From Actinobacteria bacterium UBA2272 (GTDB taxonomy: Bacteria > Actinomycetota > Coriobacteriia > Anaerosomatales > Anaerosomataceae), in NCBI GenBank assembly GCA_002347725.1, contig DDXA01000003.1, forward strand, positions 332,177 through 396,176: a stretch of 64,000 bases of DNA, read 5' to 3'. The position numbers and the translations under genes are program-made. The notes under the pieces are model-generated. The model ran no database searches. It was given only the letters and a program-made list of their open reading frames with translations, and was not told where the DNA came from. Numbering within the stretch: position 1 is the stretch's first letter; every line of letters begins with the position of its first letter. Below are positions 19,916 through 30,886 of this stretch, one piece after another.

Positions 19916-20820
19916 CGATGTCCACACGCCCGACCACTCCGGCCCTCCTGGACGAGTACCTGGACCACCTGCGCGTGGAGCGAGGACTCTCGGAGCGAAC
20001 CATCGCAGCATACGCGTCCGATCTTGCGGGACTTGCCGAATGGCTCGGCCGCGCAGAGGTCCACGTCCTGGACGCCGATCATCGCATGCTGCGGCGGTAC
20101 CTCGCTGACCTCGACCGCGCGAAGTACGCCCGCCGGACCATCGCCCGGAGACTGGCGGCCGCACGGTCGTTCTACCGGTACCTGGTCATGCGCGGCTACT
20201 CCACGGCAAGCCCGGTCGCGATACTCTCCACGCCCAGGGTCCCGCGCTATCTGCCAACGGTGGCCGGGACCGAGCTTCTCACCCGACTCCTCGACGCGCC
20301 TGACACCACCACGCCCCAGGGACTTCGTGACCGCGCCATCCTGGAGCTCCTCTACGCCACAGGCATCCGCGTCTCCGAGCTCACCGGCCTCGACCTCGGC
20401 GACGTCGACTTGGTGCAGGGCCTCGTCACGGTGATGGGGAAGGGCTCTCGGGAGCGAACCGTGCCCATGCACCCGACGGCGATCGCGCGCATAAGAGCCT
20501 ATCTCAGCGGGGGGCGTCCGCTCCTCGGCAGGCAGCGCGTCGACGACGCCCTGTTCCTCAACCGGCTCGGAACGCGCCTGACGAGCGGGGGAGTGCGGCG
20601 CCTGCTCGATCGCTATCTCGCGGAGGTCGGCTCTGAGGCCGCTCTCACGCCGCACGATCTGCGACACAGTTTCGCCACGCACCTGCTCGAAGGGGGTGCT
20701 GACCTGCGCACAGTCCAGGAGCTACTCGGCCACGTTGCGCTGTCCACCACCCAGATTTATACTCACGTGAGCACGAAACACCTTCGTGACGTGCACAAAG
20801 GGGCGCATCCACGGGCCTGA
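19912..20820 (+). CDS. xerC: Tyrosine recombinase XerC/XerD family
   Basis: ATGIRVSEL (Arg), LRHSFATHLLEGGADLRTVQELLGH and the catalytic Tyr in TQIYTHV. Start is GTG 19912 or ATG 19918. Confidence 0.88.
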   Translation: MTMSTRPTTPALLDEYLDHLRVERGLSERTIAAYASDLAGLAEWLGRAEVHVLDADHRMLRRYLADLDRAKYARRTIARRLAAARSFYRYLVMRGYSTASPVAILSTPRVPRYLPTVAGTELLTRLLDAPDTTTPQGLRDRAILELLYATGIRVSELTGLDLGDVDLVQGLVTVMGKGSRERTVPMHPTAIARIRAYLSGGRPLLGRQRVDDALFLNRLGTRLTSGGVRRLLDRYLAEVGSEAALTPHDLRHSFATHLLEGGADLRTVQELLGHVALSTTQIYTHVSTKHLRDVHKGAHPRA

Positions 20821-20836
20821 TGGAGGGCCGCACTGC

Positions 20837-21628
20837 ATGAAATCCGACGCGCGCGCGGACTTGTCCGCCGTTTGGGCGGCGTTCAAGGACACGTCCGATC
20901 CTGATGCCCGGGAGAGTCTCATCCTGGCCTATTCACCGCTCGTCAAGTACGTCGCGGGGCGCCTGTCCTCCAATCTTCCGCAGACAGTGGACTCCGCGGA
21001 CCTGATCTCCTACGGCGTATTCGGACTCATCGACGCCATCGAGAAGTTCGATCTCGCCCGAGGCATAAAGTTCGAGACCTATGCCATCGCCCGCATCAAG
21101 GGCGCAATCATCGACGAACTCCGCGCCATGGACTGGGTGCCCCGCTCGGTTCGGGCCCGCGCCCGCGAGTTCGAGGCCGCCTACATCGCTCTGGAGAACC
21201 GCCTCCGGCGAGTGCCGAGCGATGAAGAGATCGCCACCGAGATGGGAGTCACACTCAAGGACCTCCATGAGATCCTCTCCAAGCTCTCCTACACATCGGT
21301 CATGTCGTTTGAGGAGATGTGGTCCAACACAGGGGACCGCGACGACCGCCAGGACCCGCTCGGCGCCATCGCCGACAGAGACGCCGACGATCCGGTCCAG
21401 GTCTTCGAGTCTGCCGAGGTGAAGGACATTCTCGCGGGTGCCATCGAACGACTCCCGGACCGTGAGAAGACGGTCATCGCGCTCTACTACTACGAGGGAC
21501 TCACGCTCAAGGAGATCGGCGCCGTGCTTGGCGTCACGGAGTCGCGCGTGAGCCAACTGCACACGAAGGCCGTCCTGCGCCTGCGTGCCCGACTACACGC
21601 GGCTCAGGGCTTCACCGCCGCGCTGTGA
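20837..21628 (+). CDS. whiG: Sigma-28 family RNA polymerase sigma factor (WhiG/SigD/FliA type)
   Basis: Trimmed to ATG 20837. LILAYSPLVKYVAGRLS, GVFGLIDAIEKFD, KFETYAIARIKGAIIDELRAMDWVPRSVR and YYYEGLTLKEIGAVLGVTESRVSQLHTKA match WhiG/SigD along the whole length, as I recall them. Confidence 0.9.
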   Translation: MKSDARADLSAVWAAFKDTSDPDARESLILAYSPLVKYVAGRLSSNLPQTVDSADLISYGVFGLIDAIEKFDLARGIKFETYAIARIKGAIIDELRAMDWVPRSVRARAREFEAAYIALENRLRRVPSDEEIATEMGVTLKDLHEILSKLSYTSVMSFEEMWSNTGDRDDRQDPLGAIADRDADDPVQVFESAEVKDILAGAIERLPDREKTVIALYYYEGLTLKEIGAVLGVTESRVSQLHTKAVLRLRARLHAAQGFTAAL

Positions 21629-21650
21629 CGTCTCCGGAAGGAGCAGATCT

Positions 21651-22253
21651 ATGGCCTCGGAACGAATCCTGGTCGTCGAAGACACCGACTTGCTGCGGCG
21701 GATGTATCGCGACCGGCTCGTGAGCGACGGGTACCAGGTCTTCGAGGCCGCCGATGGTCTCGCGGCACTCGCGACCCTGAGGGATCAGCCGGTCGACCTG
21801 ATACTGCTCGACCTCATCATGCCGCGGATGGGCGGTCTTGATGTCATGGAGGCCGTTGCGGCCGACCCCCGCACGCAGGGCACGCCCATCGTGGTGCTCA
21901 CGAACCTCGGGGAAGAGGAGACCATCCAGCGGGCCATCGCCCTCGGCGCGCTTGACTACCTCATCAAGAACGAGACGCGCCCCGCTGACGTATCCGAGAA
22001 GGTCCGGCTCACGCTTGACGCCTTCGGACGCCCGGAGTGCGCGGCCGTTGCCTCGTTCATCGTGCAGATCAAAGACCGCGTCGCCGATGCGGAGTGCCTG
22101 ATCCAGGATGCCGGACTCAAGCGGCGCCTCTGGTGTCCCGCCTGTGAGGCCGAGGTGTCGCTCGAACTCGTAGCCGTCCCGGAGCACGCGGGTCACTACG
22201 ACGCGCACTTCGTGTGCGTCGCCTGCGGCCGGGACTTCGCCGCTGGCGCCTAG
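21651..22253 (+). CDS. Orphan response-regulator receiver domain fused to a C-terminal Cys-rich zinc-ribbon-like domain
   Basis: Trimmed to ATG 21651, 7 nt after GGAAGGAG. Receiver residues E10-D11, D54, T84 and K106 are all present. The C-terminal ~80 aa carry CPAC...CVAC. No HTH recognised. Confidence 0.8.
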   Translation: MASERILVVEDTDLLRRMYRDRLVSDGYQVFEAADGLAALATLRDQPVDLILLDLIMPRMGGLDVMEAVAADPRTQGTPIVVLTNLGEEETIQRAIALGALDYLIKNETRPADVSEKVRLTLDAFGRPECAAVASFIVQIKDRVADAECLIQDAGLKRRLWCPACEAEVSLELVAVPEHAGHYDAHFVCVACGRDFAAGA

Positions 22254-22299
22254 GGTCGACCAGCGCCCCGCCAGGAGCGGCCGCCGACCGTCCGCGCGG

Positions 22300-22328
22300 T
22301 TGGTGGCGCGCTGCATCTGTGGTATCCT
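22300..22328 (+). promoter_or_regulatory. Candidate sigma-70 promoter for rpsB-tsf
   Basis: TTGGTG (22300-22305), 17-nt spacer, TATCCT (22323-22328) preceded by an extended -10 TG at 22320-22321. Leaves a ~110-nt leader. Confidence 0.5.
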
Positions 22329-22446
22329 ACGCCCCGCTCTTATCACACACGCCCGTGGATCCCGCGCGAGGTGCCGGACGCACGACGACCGGTCGCGGCA
22401 GGGAGAAGAAGCAGGCGGAGGAACAACCGAACAAGGAGGCACCACC

Positions 22447-23328
22447 ATGTCCGTTTCCATGAAGAACCTGCTCGAGGCCGGCGTGCACTTCGGTCATCAG
22501 ACCCGCCGCTGGAACCCGAAGATGAAGCCGTACATCTTCACCGAGCGCAACGGCATCTACATCCTCGATCTCAAGCGCACGCTGCAGGAAGTCGACGCCG
22601 CGTATCGGTTCGTTCGCGACATCACCGCTCGCGGAGGTTATGTGCTGCTCGTCGGCACCAAGAAGCAGGCGCAGGACCCGATTCGTCGCGAGGCGGAGCG
22701 CGCCGGTCAGCCGTACGTCAATCAGCGCTGGCTCGGCGGCATGCTCACCAACTTCGTCACCATCCGTGGCCGCATCAAGCGGATGCTCGAGCTTGAGCAG
22801 ATGGAGGAGTCCGGAGCACTCGCACTGAGGCCGAAGAAGGAAGCCCTCCTCATTCGCCGCGAACTGGTGAAGCTACAGCGCGACCTGAACGGCATCCGGG
22901 ATATGGCCGATACGCCGAAGGCCGTCTTCGTGGTCGACACCAAGCGTGAAGCGATCGCCGTCAAGGAGGCACGCCGTCTCGACATCCCGCTCATCGGCCT
23001 GGTGGATACCAACGCCGACCCGGACGAGGTTGACTACGTCATTCCCGGCAACGACGACGCCATCCGCTCGGTCAGCCTCATCTGCCGTGTGATCGCCGAT
23101 GCAGCCATCGACGGTCGCAGGGCCGCCGGCCTGCCTGTCCCCGGCGACGAGATCGACGACGCTCCGGTTGCCGAGGAGACCACCGTCGCTGCCGAGGCCA
23201 TCGCACCGACCCCCGAGGCACCGGTGGCAGAACCGGCCGCCGAGGCACCCGTCGCCGAGACTGAAGTGCCCGCCGAGCAGGTAGACGCCCCTGTCGTCGC
23301 CGATGCCGAGGCACCCGCCGAGGCCTGA
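22447..23328 (+). CDS. rpsB: 30S ribosomal protein S2 with an acidic Ala/Pro/Glu tail
   Basis: Trimmed to ATG 22447 behind AAGGAGG. Contains [19 protein letters not shown]. Confidence 0.96.
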   Translation: MSVSMKNLLEAGVHFGHQTRRWNPKMKPYIFTERNGIYILDLKRTLQEVDAAYRFVRDITARGGYVLLVGTKKQAQDPIRREAERAGQPYVNQRWLGGMLTNFVTIRGRIKRMLELEQMEESGALALRPKKEALLIRRELVKLQRDLNGIRDMADTPKAVFVVDTKREAIAVKEARRLDIPLIGLVDTNADPDEVDYVIPGNDDAIRSVSLICRVIADAAIDGRRAAGLPVPGDEIDDAPVAEETTVAAEAIAPTPEAPVAEPAAEAPVAETEVPAEQVDAPVVADAEAPAEA

Positions 23329-23387
23329 GCGCGACGCACAGAACGACGACACACGACCCGGCGCATACAGCCGGTAGAGGAGGACAC

Positions 23388-24302
23388 ATGGAGATCACCG
23401 CCAGCATGGTGAAGGAGCTTCGGGAGAGCACCGGGGCGGGGATGATGGACTGCAAGAAGGCCCTGACCGAGGCCAACGGCGACCTTGAGGCTGCCGTCGA
23501 CATCCTGCGCACGAAGGGGCTCGCCGACCTCGCCAAGAGGGCCGGGCGCGCCACGAACGAAGGTATCATCGGCGGTTACACGAGTGCCGACGGAGCGATC
23601 GGCGTGCTCATCGAGGTCAACTGCGAGACCGACTTCGTCGCGCGCAACGCCGACTTCAAGTCGTTCGTCGCCACCGTGGCCCGTGAGATCGGCTCCAGCG
23701 CTCCTGCCGACGTTCCGGCTCTTCTGGCCGGGCCGTTCAGCGAGCGTCCCGAGATCACCATCGAGCAGCTTCTCGGCGAGAGCGTGAGCAAGCTCGGCGA
23801 GAACATGGGAGTCACTCGCTTCGCCCGGTACGAGCGCTCGGCCCCGGCGAGCGTCGTGGCCGTCTACATCCACGGTGTCGGCAACATCGGCGTTCTCGTC
23901 GAGGTCAGCGCCGAGTCTGAAGAGGCTGCCGCATCGCCCCTGGTCAGCGGCTTCGCCCGCGATGTCGCCATGCAGATCGCAGCGGCCTCGCCGGTCTCCG
24001 TACGCCGTGATGAGGTTCCCGCAGACGTCGTGGCCCACGAGCTCGCCATCTATAAGGCACAGGCAGCCGAGACCGGTAAGCCTGAGCCGATCCAGGACAA
24101 GATCGCCGAGGGCCGCCTCGAGAAGTACTACAAGGAGTTCTGCCTTCTCGAGCAGGCCTTCGTGAAGAACCCGGACATCACGGTCAAGCAGCATGCCGAG
24201 CAGACCGCGCGTGAAGCCGGCGCGGCCATCGACGTCGTGCGCTTCACCCGCATGGTGCTTGGCGAGACCAACTCCGAGCAGCGGGAGTCGAGCTGCTGTT
24301 AG
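23388..24302 (+). CDS. tsf: Elongation factor Ts
   Basis: ITASMVKELRESTGAGMMDCKKAL and CETDFVARN. Confidence 0.95.
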   Translation: MEITASMVKELRESTGAGMMDCKKALTEANGDLEAAVDILRTKGLADLAKRAGRATNEGIIGGYTSADGAIGVLIEVNCETDFVARNADFKSFVATVAREIGSSAPADVPALLAGPFSERPEITIEQLLGESVSKLGENMGVTRFARYERSAPASVVAVYIHGVGNIGVLVEVSAESEEAAASPLVSGFARDVAMQIAAASPVSVRRDEVPADVVAHELAIYKAQAAETGKPEPIQDKIAEGRLEKYYKEFCLLEQAFVKNPDITVKQHAEQTAREAGAAIDVVRFTRMVLGETNSEQRESSCC

Positions 24303-24313
24303 TGTCCGACCCG

Positions 24314-24344
24314 CAACGGGGCGGTGCCCAGCACCGCCCCGTTG
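24314..24344 (+). terminator. Intrinsic-terminator-like hairpin after tsf
   Basis: CAACGGGGCGGTG-cccag-CACCGCCCCGTTG forms a 13-bp perfect stem, 12 nt after the tsf stop. Confidence 0.7.
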
Positions 24345-24350
24345 GTCTAG

Positions 24351-25681
<1,331 letters not shown>

Positions 25682-25685
25682 GCCG

Positions 25686-26465
25686 ATGGGCACTGCCCGC
25701 ACCTCGCTCGAGGCCTTCTTCCACACGCGAGCCGACCGCCTCTTGCTGGAACGGCTGGACCCCGGGTCCGCGCCCCGACATGTAGCCGTGATCATGGACG
25801 GCAACGGCAGGTGGGCGGCCAAACGTGGGCTTCCCCGCATCGCCGGGCACCGGGCCGGCGCCAAGGCGGTGCGCGAGTCCATCGCGGCGTGCATCGAGCT
25901 CGGCATCGAGTACCTCACGATCTACTCGTTCAGCAGCGAGAACTGGCGTCGCTCCGACGAGGAGGTCGGCGGCCTCATGCAGCTGTTCGTCGAGGTGCTC
26001 GAACGAGAACTCGACAGCCTGCAGGCGCAGCGTGTCCGGGTACGGGTCATCGGCAGCGAGCAGGGCATGCCTGCAGCGACGATGGAGGCGTTCCGCCGCA
26101 CCGAGCAACTGACCGCACGTAACGACGCCCTGACACTCGTGGTCGCGCTCAACTACGGCGGCAGGGGAGAGATCGCCGACGCAGTCCGGAGCATCGCGAC
26201 CGACGTCGCGCGCGGAGAACTCTCACCTGACGATATCGAGGAGAGAACCATCGCCGAGCGTCTCTACACGCACGACATCCCGGACCCCGACCTCGTGATC
26301 CGCACGAGCGGGGAGCTGCGCGTTTCAAACTTCCTCCTCTGGCAGCTCGCGTATTCCGAGCTCTGGGTCACAACCGTCCTGTGGCCGGACTTCAGGCGGG
26401 GGGACCTCCTGCGCGCGGTAGTGGACTTCCAGAAGCGCTCACGCCGGTTCGGTGGACGTTCGTGA
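25686..26465 (+). CDS. uppS: Undecaprenyl (isoprenyl) diphosphate synthase
   Basis: Trimmed to ATG 25686. Contains HVAVIMDGNGRWA, FSSENWRR and RTSGELRVSNFLLWQ. Confidence 0.94.
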   Translation: MGTARTSLEAFFHTRADRLLLERLDPGSAPRHVAVIMDGNGRWAAKRGLPRIAGHRAGAKAVRESIAACIELGIEYLTIYSFSSENWRRSDEEVGGLMQLFVEVLERELDSLQAQRVRVRVIGSEQGMPAATMEAFRRTEQLTARNDALTLVVALNYGGRGEIADAVRSIATDVARGELSPDDIEERTIAERLYTHDIPDPDLVIRTSGELRVSNFLLWQLAYSELWVTTVLWPDFRRGDLLRAVVDFQKRSRRFGGRS

Positions 26466-27271
26466 CCGCGCCCCTTGCCGACTTCGCAGTTCGCACGACG
26501 AGCGCTGCCCTGCTTGGCGCGGTCATGCTCGTCGCAATCGTGCTCGGCGGCGTATGGGGCGTCGCGATCCTGGCCTCGGCCATCGGTGTGCTCACTGCAG
26601 CCGAGTTCTACACGCTCACGCGCCGGGAGCGTCGCACCCCGAACGAGCTCTTCGGCCTTGCAGCGATTTTCGCGCTCCCTCTCGCGACAGCGCAACACGG
26701 GAGCGCGGGTCTGGCGACCACCGTCAGCGTCCTCATCGTCGCCGCGCTCGTGTGGCACGTGGCGATCCGCTCGGTACGGCTCTCGGACACCGCGGTCACC
26801 GTGTTCGGCGTCGCTTACATCGGCTTCACGCTCGCTCATCTCGTCTTGATGCGGCAGCTCGGTGACGGCGTAGTGCTCTGCCTCCTCCTGGTGTTCGGCG
26901 TCTGGGTGAACGACGTCTTCGCCTATCTCGCGGGCTCCTCCATCGGCCGCACGCCACTCGCTCCGCGCATCTCGCCGAAGAAGACCTGGGAAGGGTTTGC
27001 GGCCGGAACCCTGGCGACCACGCTCGTGTGGGTGGTGGGAGGTTCGTACCTGACCTCGATGACCTGGCTCGCACTCGTCTTCGTCGGACTGTCCGCATCG
27101 GTAGCGGCAGCACTCGGCGATCTGGCCGAGTCCCGCTTCAAGCGCGAGGTCATGGTCAAGGACTCCGGCACGCTGCTGCCGGGCCATGGCGGCTTCCTCG
27201 ACCGCTTCGACAGCTTCATTCTCGTCACAGTCGTGACGTACTACACGTTGACACTGGTGGGCGTCCGATGA
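26462..27271 (+). CDS. cdsA: Phosphatidate cytidylyltransferase
   Basis: GTG 26462 overlaps the uppS stop. Multi-TM protein with the SRFKREVMVKDSGTLLPGHGGFLDRFDS signature. Confidence 0.88.
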   Translation: MTAPLADFAVRTTSAALLGAVMLVAIVLGGVWGVAILASAIGVLTAAEFYTLTRRERRTPNELFGLAAIFALPLATAQHGSAGLATTVSVLIVAALVWHVAIRSVRLSDTAVTVFGVAYIGFTLAHLVLMRQLGDGVVLCLLLVFGVWVNDVFAYLAGSSIGRTPLAPRISPKKTWEGFAAGTLATTLVWVVGGSYLTSMTWLALVFVGLSASVAAALGDLAESRFKREVMVKDSGTLLPGHGGFLDRFDSFILVTVVTYYTLTLVGVR

Positions 27272-28419
27272 ACAGACTTCGGCTCACGATTCTCGGCTCC
27301 ACCGGCTCGATCGGCCGCCAGGCGATCGATGTCGCATCCCGGTACCCCGACCGTGTCGAGGTCGTCGCGCTGGCCGCGAGCACGAGTGTGGAGCGATTCG
27401 CCGAGCAGGCACGCGTGACCGGTGCGCCGTACCTCGTCCTCGCCGACCCCGAGGCGGCGGCACGCGCCGCGTCGCTGATAGGTCGGCCCGTCCACGCCGG
27501 CCCCGAGGCGGTAGCCGCACTTGCGGGCGACGGGGGCGCCGATATCGTCCTGAACGCCCTCGTCGGTGCAGCGGGTCTCAGGGCATCTGCCTCCGCCCTC
27601 GCTTCAGGCGCGCGGCTCGCGCTGGCCAACAAGGAGTCGCTCGTCGTCGGGGGCGAACTCGTCACCTCACTCGGCCTCGACAGGATCGTGCCGGTGGACA
27701 GCGAGCACTCGGCCATCTACCAGTCACTTCTGGGCGAGCCCGCCGAGTGCGTCTCGCGTCTGTGGCTGACCGCCTCAGGTGGACCGTTCCGCGGACGCCG
27801 CCCCGGAGAGCTCGCCGACGTGACGGTCGAGGAGGCCCTCGCGCATCCGCGCTGGACCATGGGGCCGAAGATCACCATCGACTCGGCGACGCTCATGAAC
27901 AAGGGACTCGAGGTCATCGAGGCGCACCACCTCTTTGGTGTCGACTACGACCGGATCAAAGTCGTCGTCCACCCCCAGTCGTGCGTGCACTCGATGGTCG
28001 AGTACGTTGACGGATCGGTGAAGGCCCATCTCGGAGTCACCGACATGCGCATACCGATCCAGTACGCGCTCAGCGCGCCGGACCGCTGGGTGTCTCCTGT
28101 CGAACCCGTGGACTTCGCGACACTCGGTCGCCTCGACTTCGAGGAGCCGGACTTCGACACGTTCCCCTGCCTCGGACTTGCGCTCGAGGCCGGCCGGATC
28201 GGCGGCACGATGCCCGCGGCGCTCAACGCTGCCAACGAGGTCGCGGTCGCGGCATTCCTCGGCGGGTCGATCCCGCTCACCGCCATCCCGTCGACGATCG
28301 AGCAGGTCCTCGGCGCTCACGAGGTTCACGTACCCGGCTCGATCGAAGAGGTCGAGGCGGTGGATGAGTGGGCCCGGCGTGAGGCACGGCGCATTCTCGG
28401 CATCGGCGAAGTGGCCTGA
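27268..28419 (+). CDS. dxr: 1-deoxy-D-xylulose-5-phosphate reductoisomerase
   Basis: Trimmed to ATG 27268 (ATGA overlap). Contains LGSTGSIGRQ, ANKESLV and DSEHSAI. Confidence 0.95.
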   Translation: MNRLRLTILGSTGSIGRQAIDVASRYPDRVEVVALAASTSVERFAEQARVTGAPYLVLADPEAAARAASLIGRPVHAGPEAVAALAGDGGADIVLNALVGAAGLRASASALASGARLALANKESLVVGGELVTSLGLDRIVPVDSEHSAIYQSLLGEPAECVSRLWLTASGGPFRGRRPGELADVTVEEALAHPRWTMGPKITIDSATLMNKGLEVIEAHHLFGVDYDRIKVVVHPQSCVHSMVEYVDGSVKAHLGVTDMRIPIQYALSAPDRWVSPVEPVDFATLGRLDFEEPDFDTFPCLGLALEAGRIGGTMPAALNAANEVAVAAFLGGSIPLTAIPSTIEQVLGAHEVHVPGSIEEVEAVDEWARREARRILGIGEVA

Positions 28420-28477
28420 CGCTTGCTCGTTGGCCTGACCTGACAGTACCTCTTCGGGATACACGACAGGAGCACAC

Positions 28478-29731
28478 GTGACCGCAGCGCTCGGAACGGC
28501 CGAGGTAGTCATCTGGGGAGTCATCACGTTCTCGATCCTCGTGGTCTTCCACGAGATGGGGCACCTGCTTGCCGCGCGTGCATTCGGCGTGAAGGTCCAC
28601 GAGTTCATGGTCGGCCTCCCGGGACCGGCGCTGCGGCTGCACACCAAGAACATGGCGTGGGGTGTCACGGCGATTCCTCTCGGAGGTTACGTGCGAATCT
28701 CAGGCATGGAGCCGGGTGCGGAAGACGAGCTGCTCGGCTCGGCGCTCGTCGTCCTGCGCGACCACGGACCGACCGATGCGACGGGCCTCGCGTCCGCACT
28801 CGGTGTCTCTGCCGATCGTGCACGCTCGATCGCACTCACCCTCGTGGACTGGAAGGCCGTCGTCGAAGACGGTGATCGTCTCACGCTTGGTCTCTCGGGC
28901 GAACTGCACAGCCTCGATGCCACAGGCATGGCGGACCGCGCCCGGAGCACCACGTACCGGGGCCAGTCGACCTGGAAGCGCGTGGTCATCCTCGCAGCTG
29001 GCGTCGTCACCAACCTCACCGTTGCCATCCTCACGTTCACGATCGTCCTGTCGGTCTGGGGATACATGCAGCTCACCACCACGATCGACACCGTGGGCGT
29101 CGACACGCCGGCCGCCGCGGCCGACGTGCGCGCAGGGGACACGCTGCTCGCGCTCGACAGCGAGCCGATCGAGAGCTGGGACAGCTTCCAGCTGCTCATG
29201 TCCCGCACGGAGCCCGGACAGTCGGTGACGCTGACCGTCGAGCGGGGCGGCTCGGCGCTCGATCTCCCGCTCGTACTCGGCGACAAGGACGGGCACGGAT
29301 ACGCCGGCATCGGCCCGACAGCGGTACCCGTCCGGCCGAGCGTGATCGAGAGCCTGGGCGAGAGCGTCCGTCTGACGGGCCTCGTCTTCCGCGCCATCGT
29401 CGACCTCTTCAACCCGACGACCTTCGCGTCGAGCGTCCAGGGCGTTCGAGGCCCGGTAGGCATCTCGGTCATGGCCGCGGAGGCGGCAGCCGCCGGTCCG
29501 CTGTCTTACGCAGGGCTGATCGCGATGCTCTCGCTCTCCCTCGGCGTCATGAACATCCTGCCGCTTCCGCCACTCGACGGGGGGAAGATCGTGCTCGAGA
29601 TCGCCGAACGCGTCATCGGCCGGCCGATCAGCCGCACGATCTCGCTCGGGCTCTCCGCCGCCGGAGCGGTGCTCCTGTTCTCTCTCATCGGGTACATCAT
29701 GTACGCTGACATCGCCAGACTGGCGCAGTGA
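28478..29731 (+). CDS. rseP: Site-2 (RIP) zinc metalloprotease RseP family
   Basis: HEMGHLLAAR HExxH motif, a PDZ region, and NILPLPPLDGG in the C-terminal TM region. GTG start. Confidence 0.88.
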   Translation: MTAALGTAEVVIWGVITFSILVVFHEMGHLLAARAFGVKVHEFMVGLPGPALRLHTKNMAWGVTAIPLGGYVRISGMEPGAEDELLGSALVVLRDHGPTDATGLASALGVSADRARSIALTLVDWKAVVEDGDRLTLGLSGELHSLDATGMADRARSTTYRGQSTWKRVVILAAGVVTNLTVAILTFTIVLSVWGYMQLTTTIDTVGVDTPAAAADVRAGDTLLALDSEPIESWDSFQLLMSRTEPGQSVTLTVERGGSALDLPLVLGDKDGHGYAGIGPTAVPVRPSVIESLGESVRLTGLVFRAIVDLFNPTTFASSVQGVRGPVGISVMAAEAAAAGPLSYAGLIAMLSLSLGVMNILPLPPLDGGKIVLEIAERVIGRPISRTISLGLSAAGAVLLFSLIGYIMYADIARLAQ

Positions 29732-29747
29732 CCCGGGGAGGACTGCC

Positions 29748-30803
29748 GTGTACGCTCGGCGCACCACCCGCGCCGTCTCGGTAGGCGGCGTTCAGATCGG
29801 CGGCGACGCACCTCCGGTCGTGCAGTCGATGACGAACACCGACACCCGGGACGTAGCGGCTACCCTCGGACAGATCGCGGCGCTGCACGACGCGGGCTGC
29901 GAGATCGTCCGCGTCGCCATCCCACACGCCGACGCGCTGGACCCGTTCGAGGCCATCTGCGCCGCCAGCCCCATCCCCGTGGTCGCCGACATCCACTTCG
30001 ACCATAGGCTCGCCATCGAGGCGACGCGCAGGGGCGCCGCCAAGCTCCGCATCAATCCCGGCAACATCGGCGAGATGTCGCGTGTCGACGCCGTCATCGA
30101 CGCCGCCGGGGCGGCGGGCATCCCGATCCGCATCGGCGTCAACGCAGGCAGTCTCGCACGCGAGTACGCCGACGCGGATCTCCCGCTGCCCGAGAAGCTC
30201 GCCTCGAGCGCTGTGGCGTTCGCCGAGCACTTCGCGACACGGGGGTTCGAGGACATCGTCATCTCGGCCAAGGCGTCTTCGGTGGTCCCTTCGGTCGATG
30301 CGTACCGCCTGCTAGCTGCACGGCTCCCGCATCCATTGCATATCGGCATCACCGAGGCAGGCACGTCGCTGTCCGGCACGGTCAAGTCGGCCGTAGGTCT
30401 CGGCATACTGCTCGCCGAGGGCATCGGCGACACACTGCGCGTCTCGCTCACCGCGCCCCCCGAGGAGGAAGTGCGTGTCGCGTGGGAGATCCTCGCCGCC
30501 CTCGACATCAGGCGACGCGGGCCCGAACTCATCTCGTGTCCCACCTGTGGCCGCTGTGAGGTCGACCTTGTTCCCATCGCGCGCGAGATCGAGGAGCGGC
30601 TCCGTGCCGTAGCCGCTCCGGTGAAAGTGGCGGTCATGGGGTGCGTCGTGAACGGTCCGGGCGAAGCGCGCGAGGCCGACGTCGGCGTTGCCGCCGGCAA
30701 AGGGGTAGGACTCCTCTTCGCCCGCGGTGTGCCGGTCCGCAAGGTGCCCGAAGCCGAGATCGTCGACGCCCTCATGGAAGAGGTCGCGCGTCTCAGCGAG
30801 TGA
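29748..30803 (+). CDS. ispG: 4-hydroxy-3-methylbut-2-enyl diphosphate synthase
   Basis: VQSMTNTDT, RINPGNIG and the CPTCGRC Fe-S motif. GTG start. Confidence 0.94.
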   Translation: MYARRTTRAVSVGGVQIGGDAPPVVQSMTNTDTRDVAATLGQIAALHDAGCEIVRVAIPHADALDPFEAICAASPIPVVADIHFDHRLAIEATRRGAAKLRINPGNIGEMSRVDAVIDAAGAAGIPIRIGVNAGSLAREYADADLPLPEKLASSAVAFAEHFATRGFEDIVISAKASSVVPSVDAYRLLAARLPHPLHIGITEAGTSLSGTVKSAVGLGILLAEGIGDTLRVSLTAPPEEEVRVAWEILAALDIRRRGPELISCPTCGRCEVDLVPIAREIEERLRAVAAPVKVAVMGCVVNGPGEAREADVGVAAGKGVGLLFARGVPVRKVPEAEIVDALMEEVARLSE

Positions 30804-30886
30804 ACGGACCTGCCGTGGTCGTGGCGGGCGCGCTACGGTATCCTCTCCCGAGAGGTCGCATCGTCCGCGCATCGAAGGAGGCAGCC

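Noticed and set aside
19912-20820. Tyrosine recombinase as the integrase of a mobile element.
   Set aside because: It sits in the conserved dprA-trmFO-xerC context and has XerC/D-type motifs and length. There is no flanking tRNA, no direct repeats and no cargo genes, so it is the chromosomal dimer-resolution recombinase.
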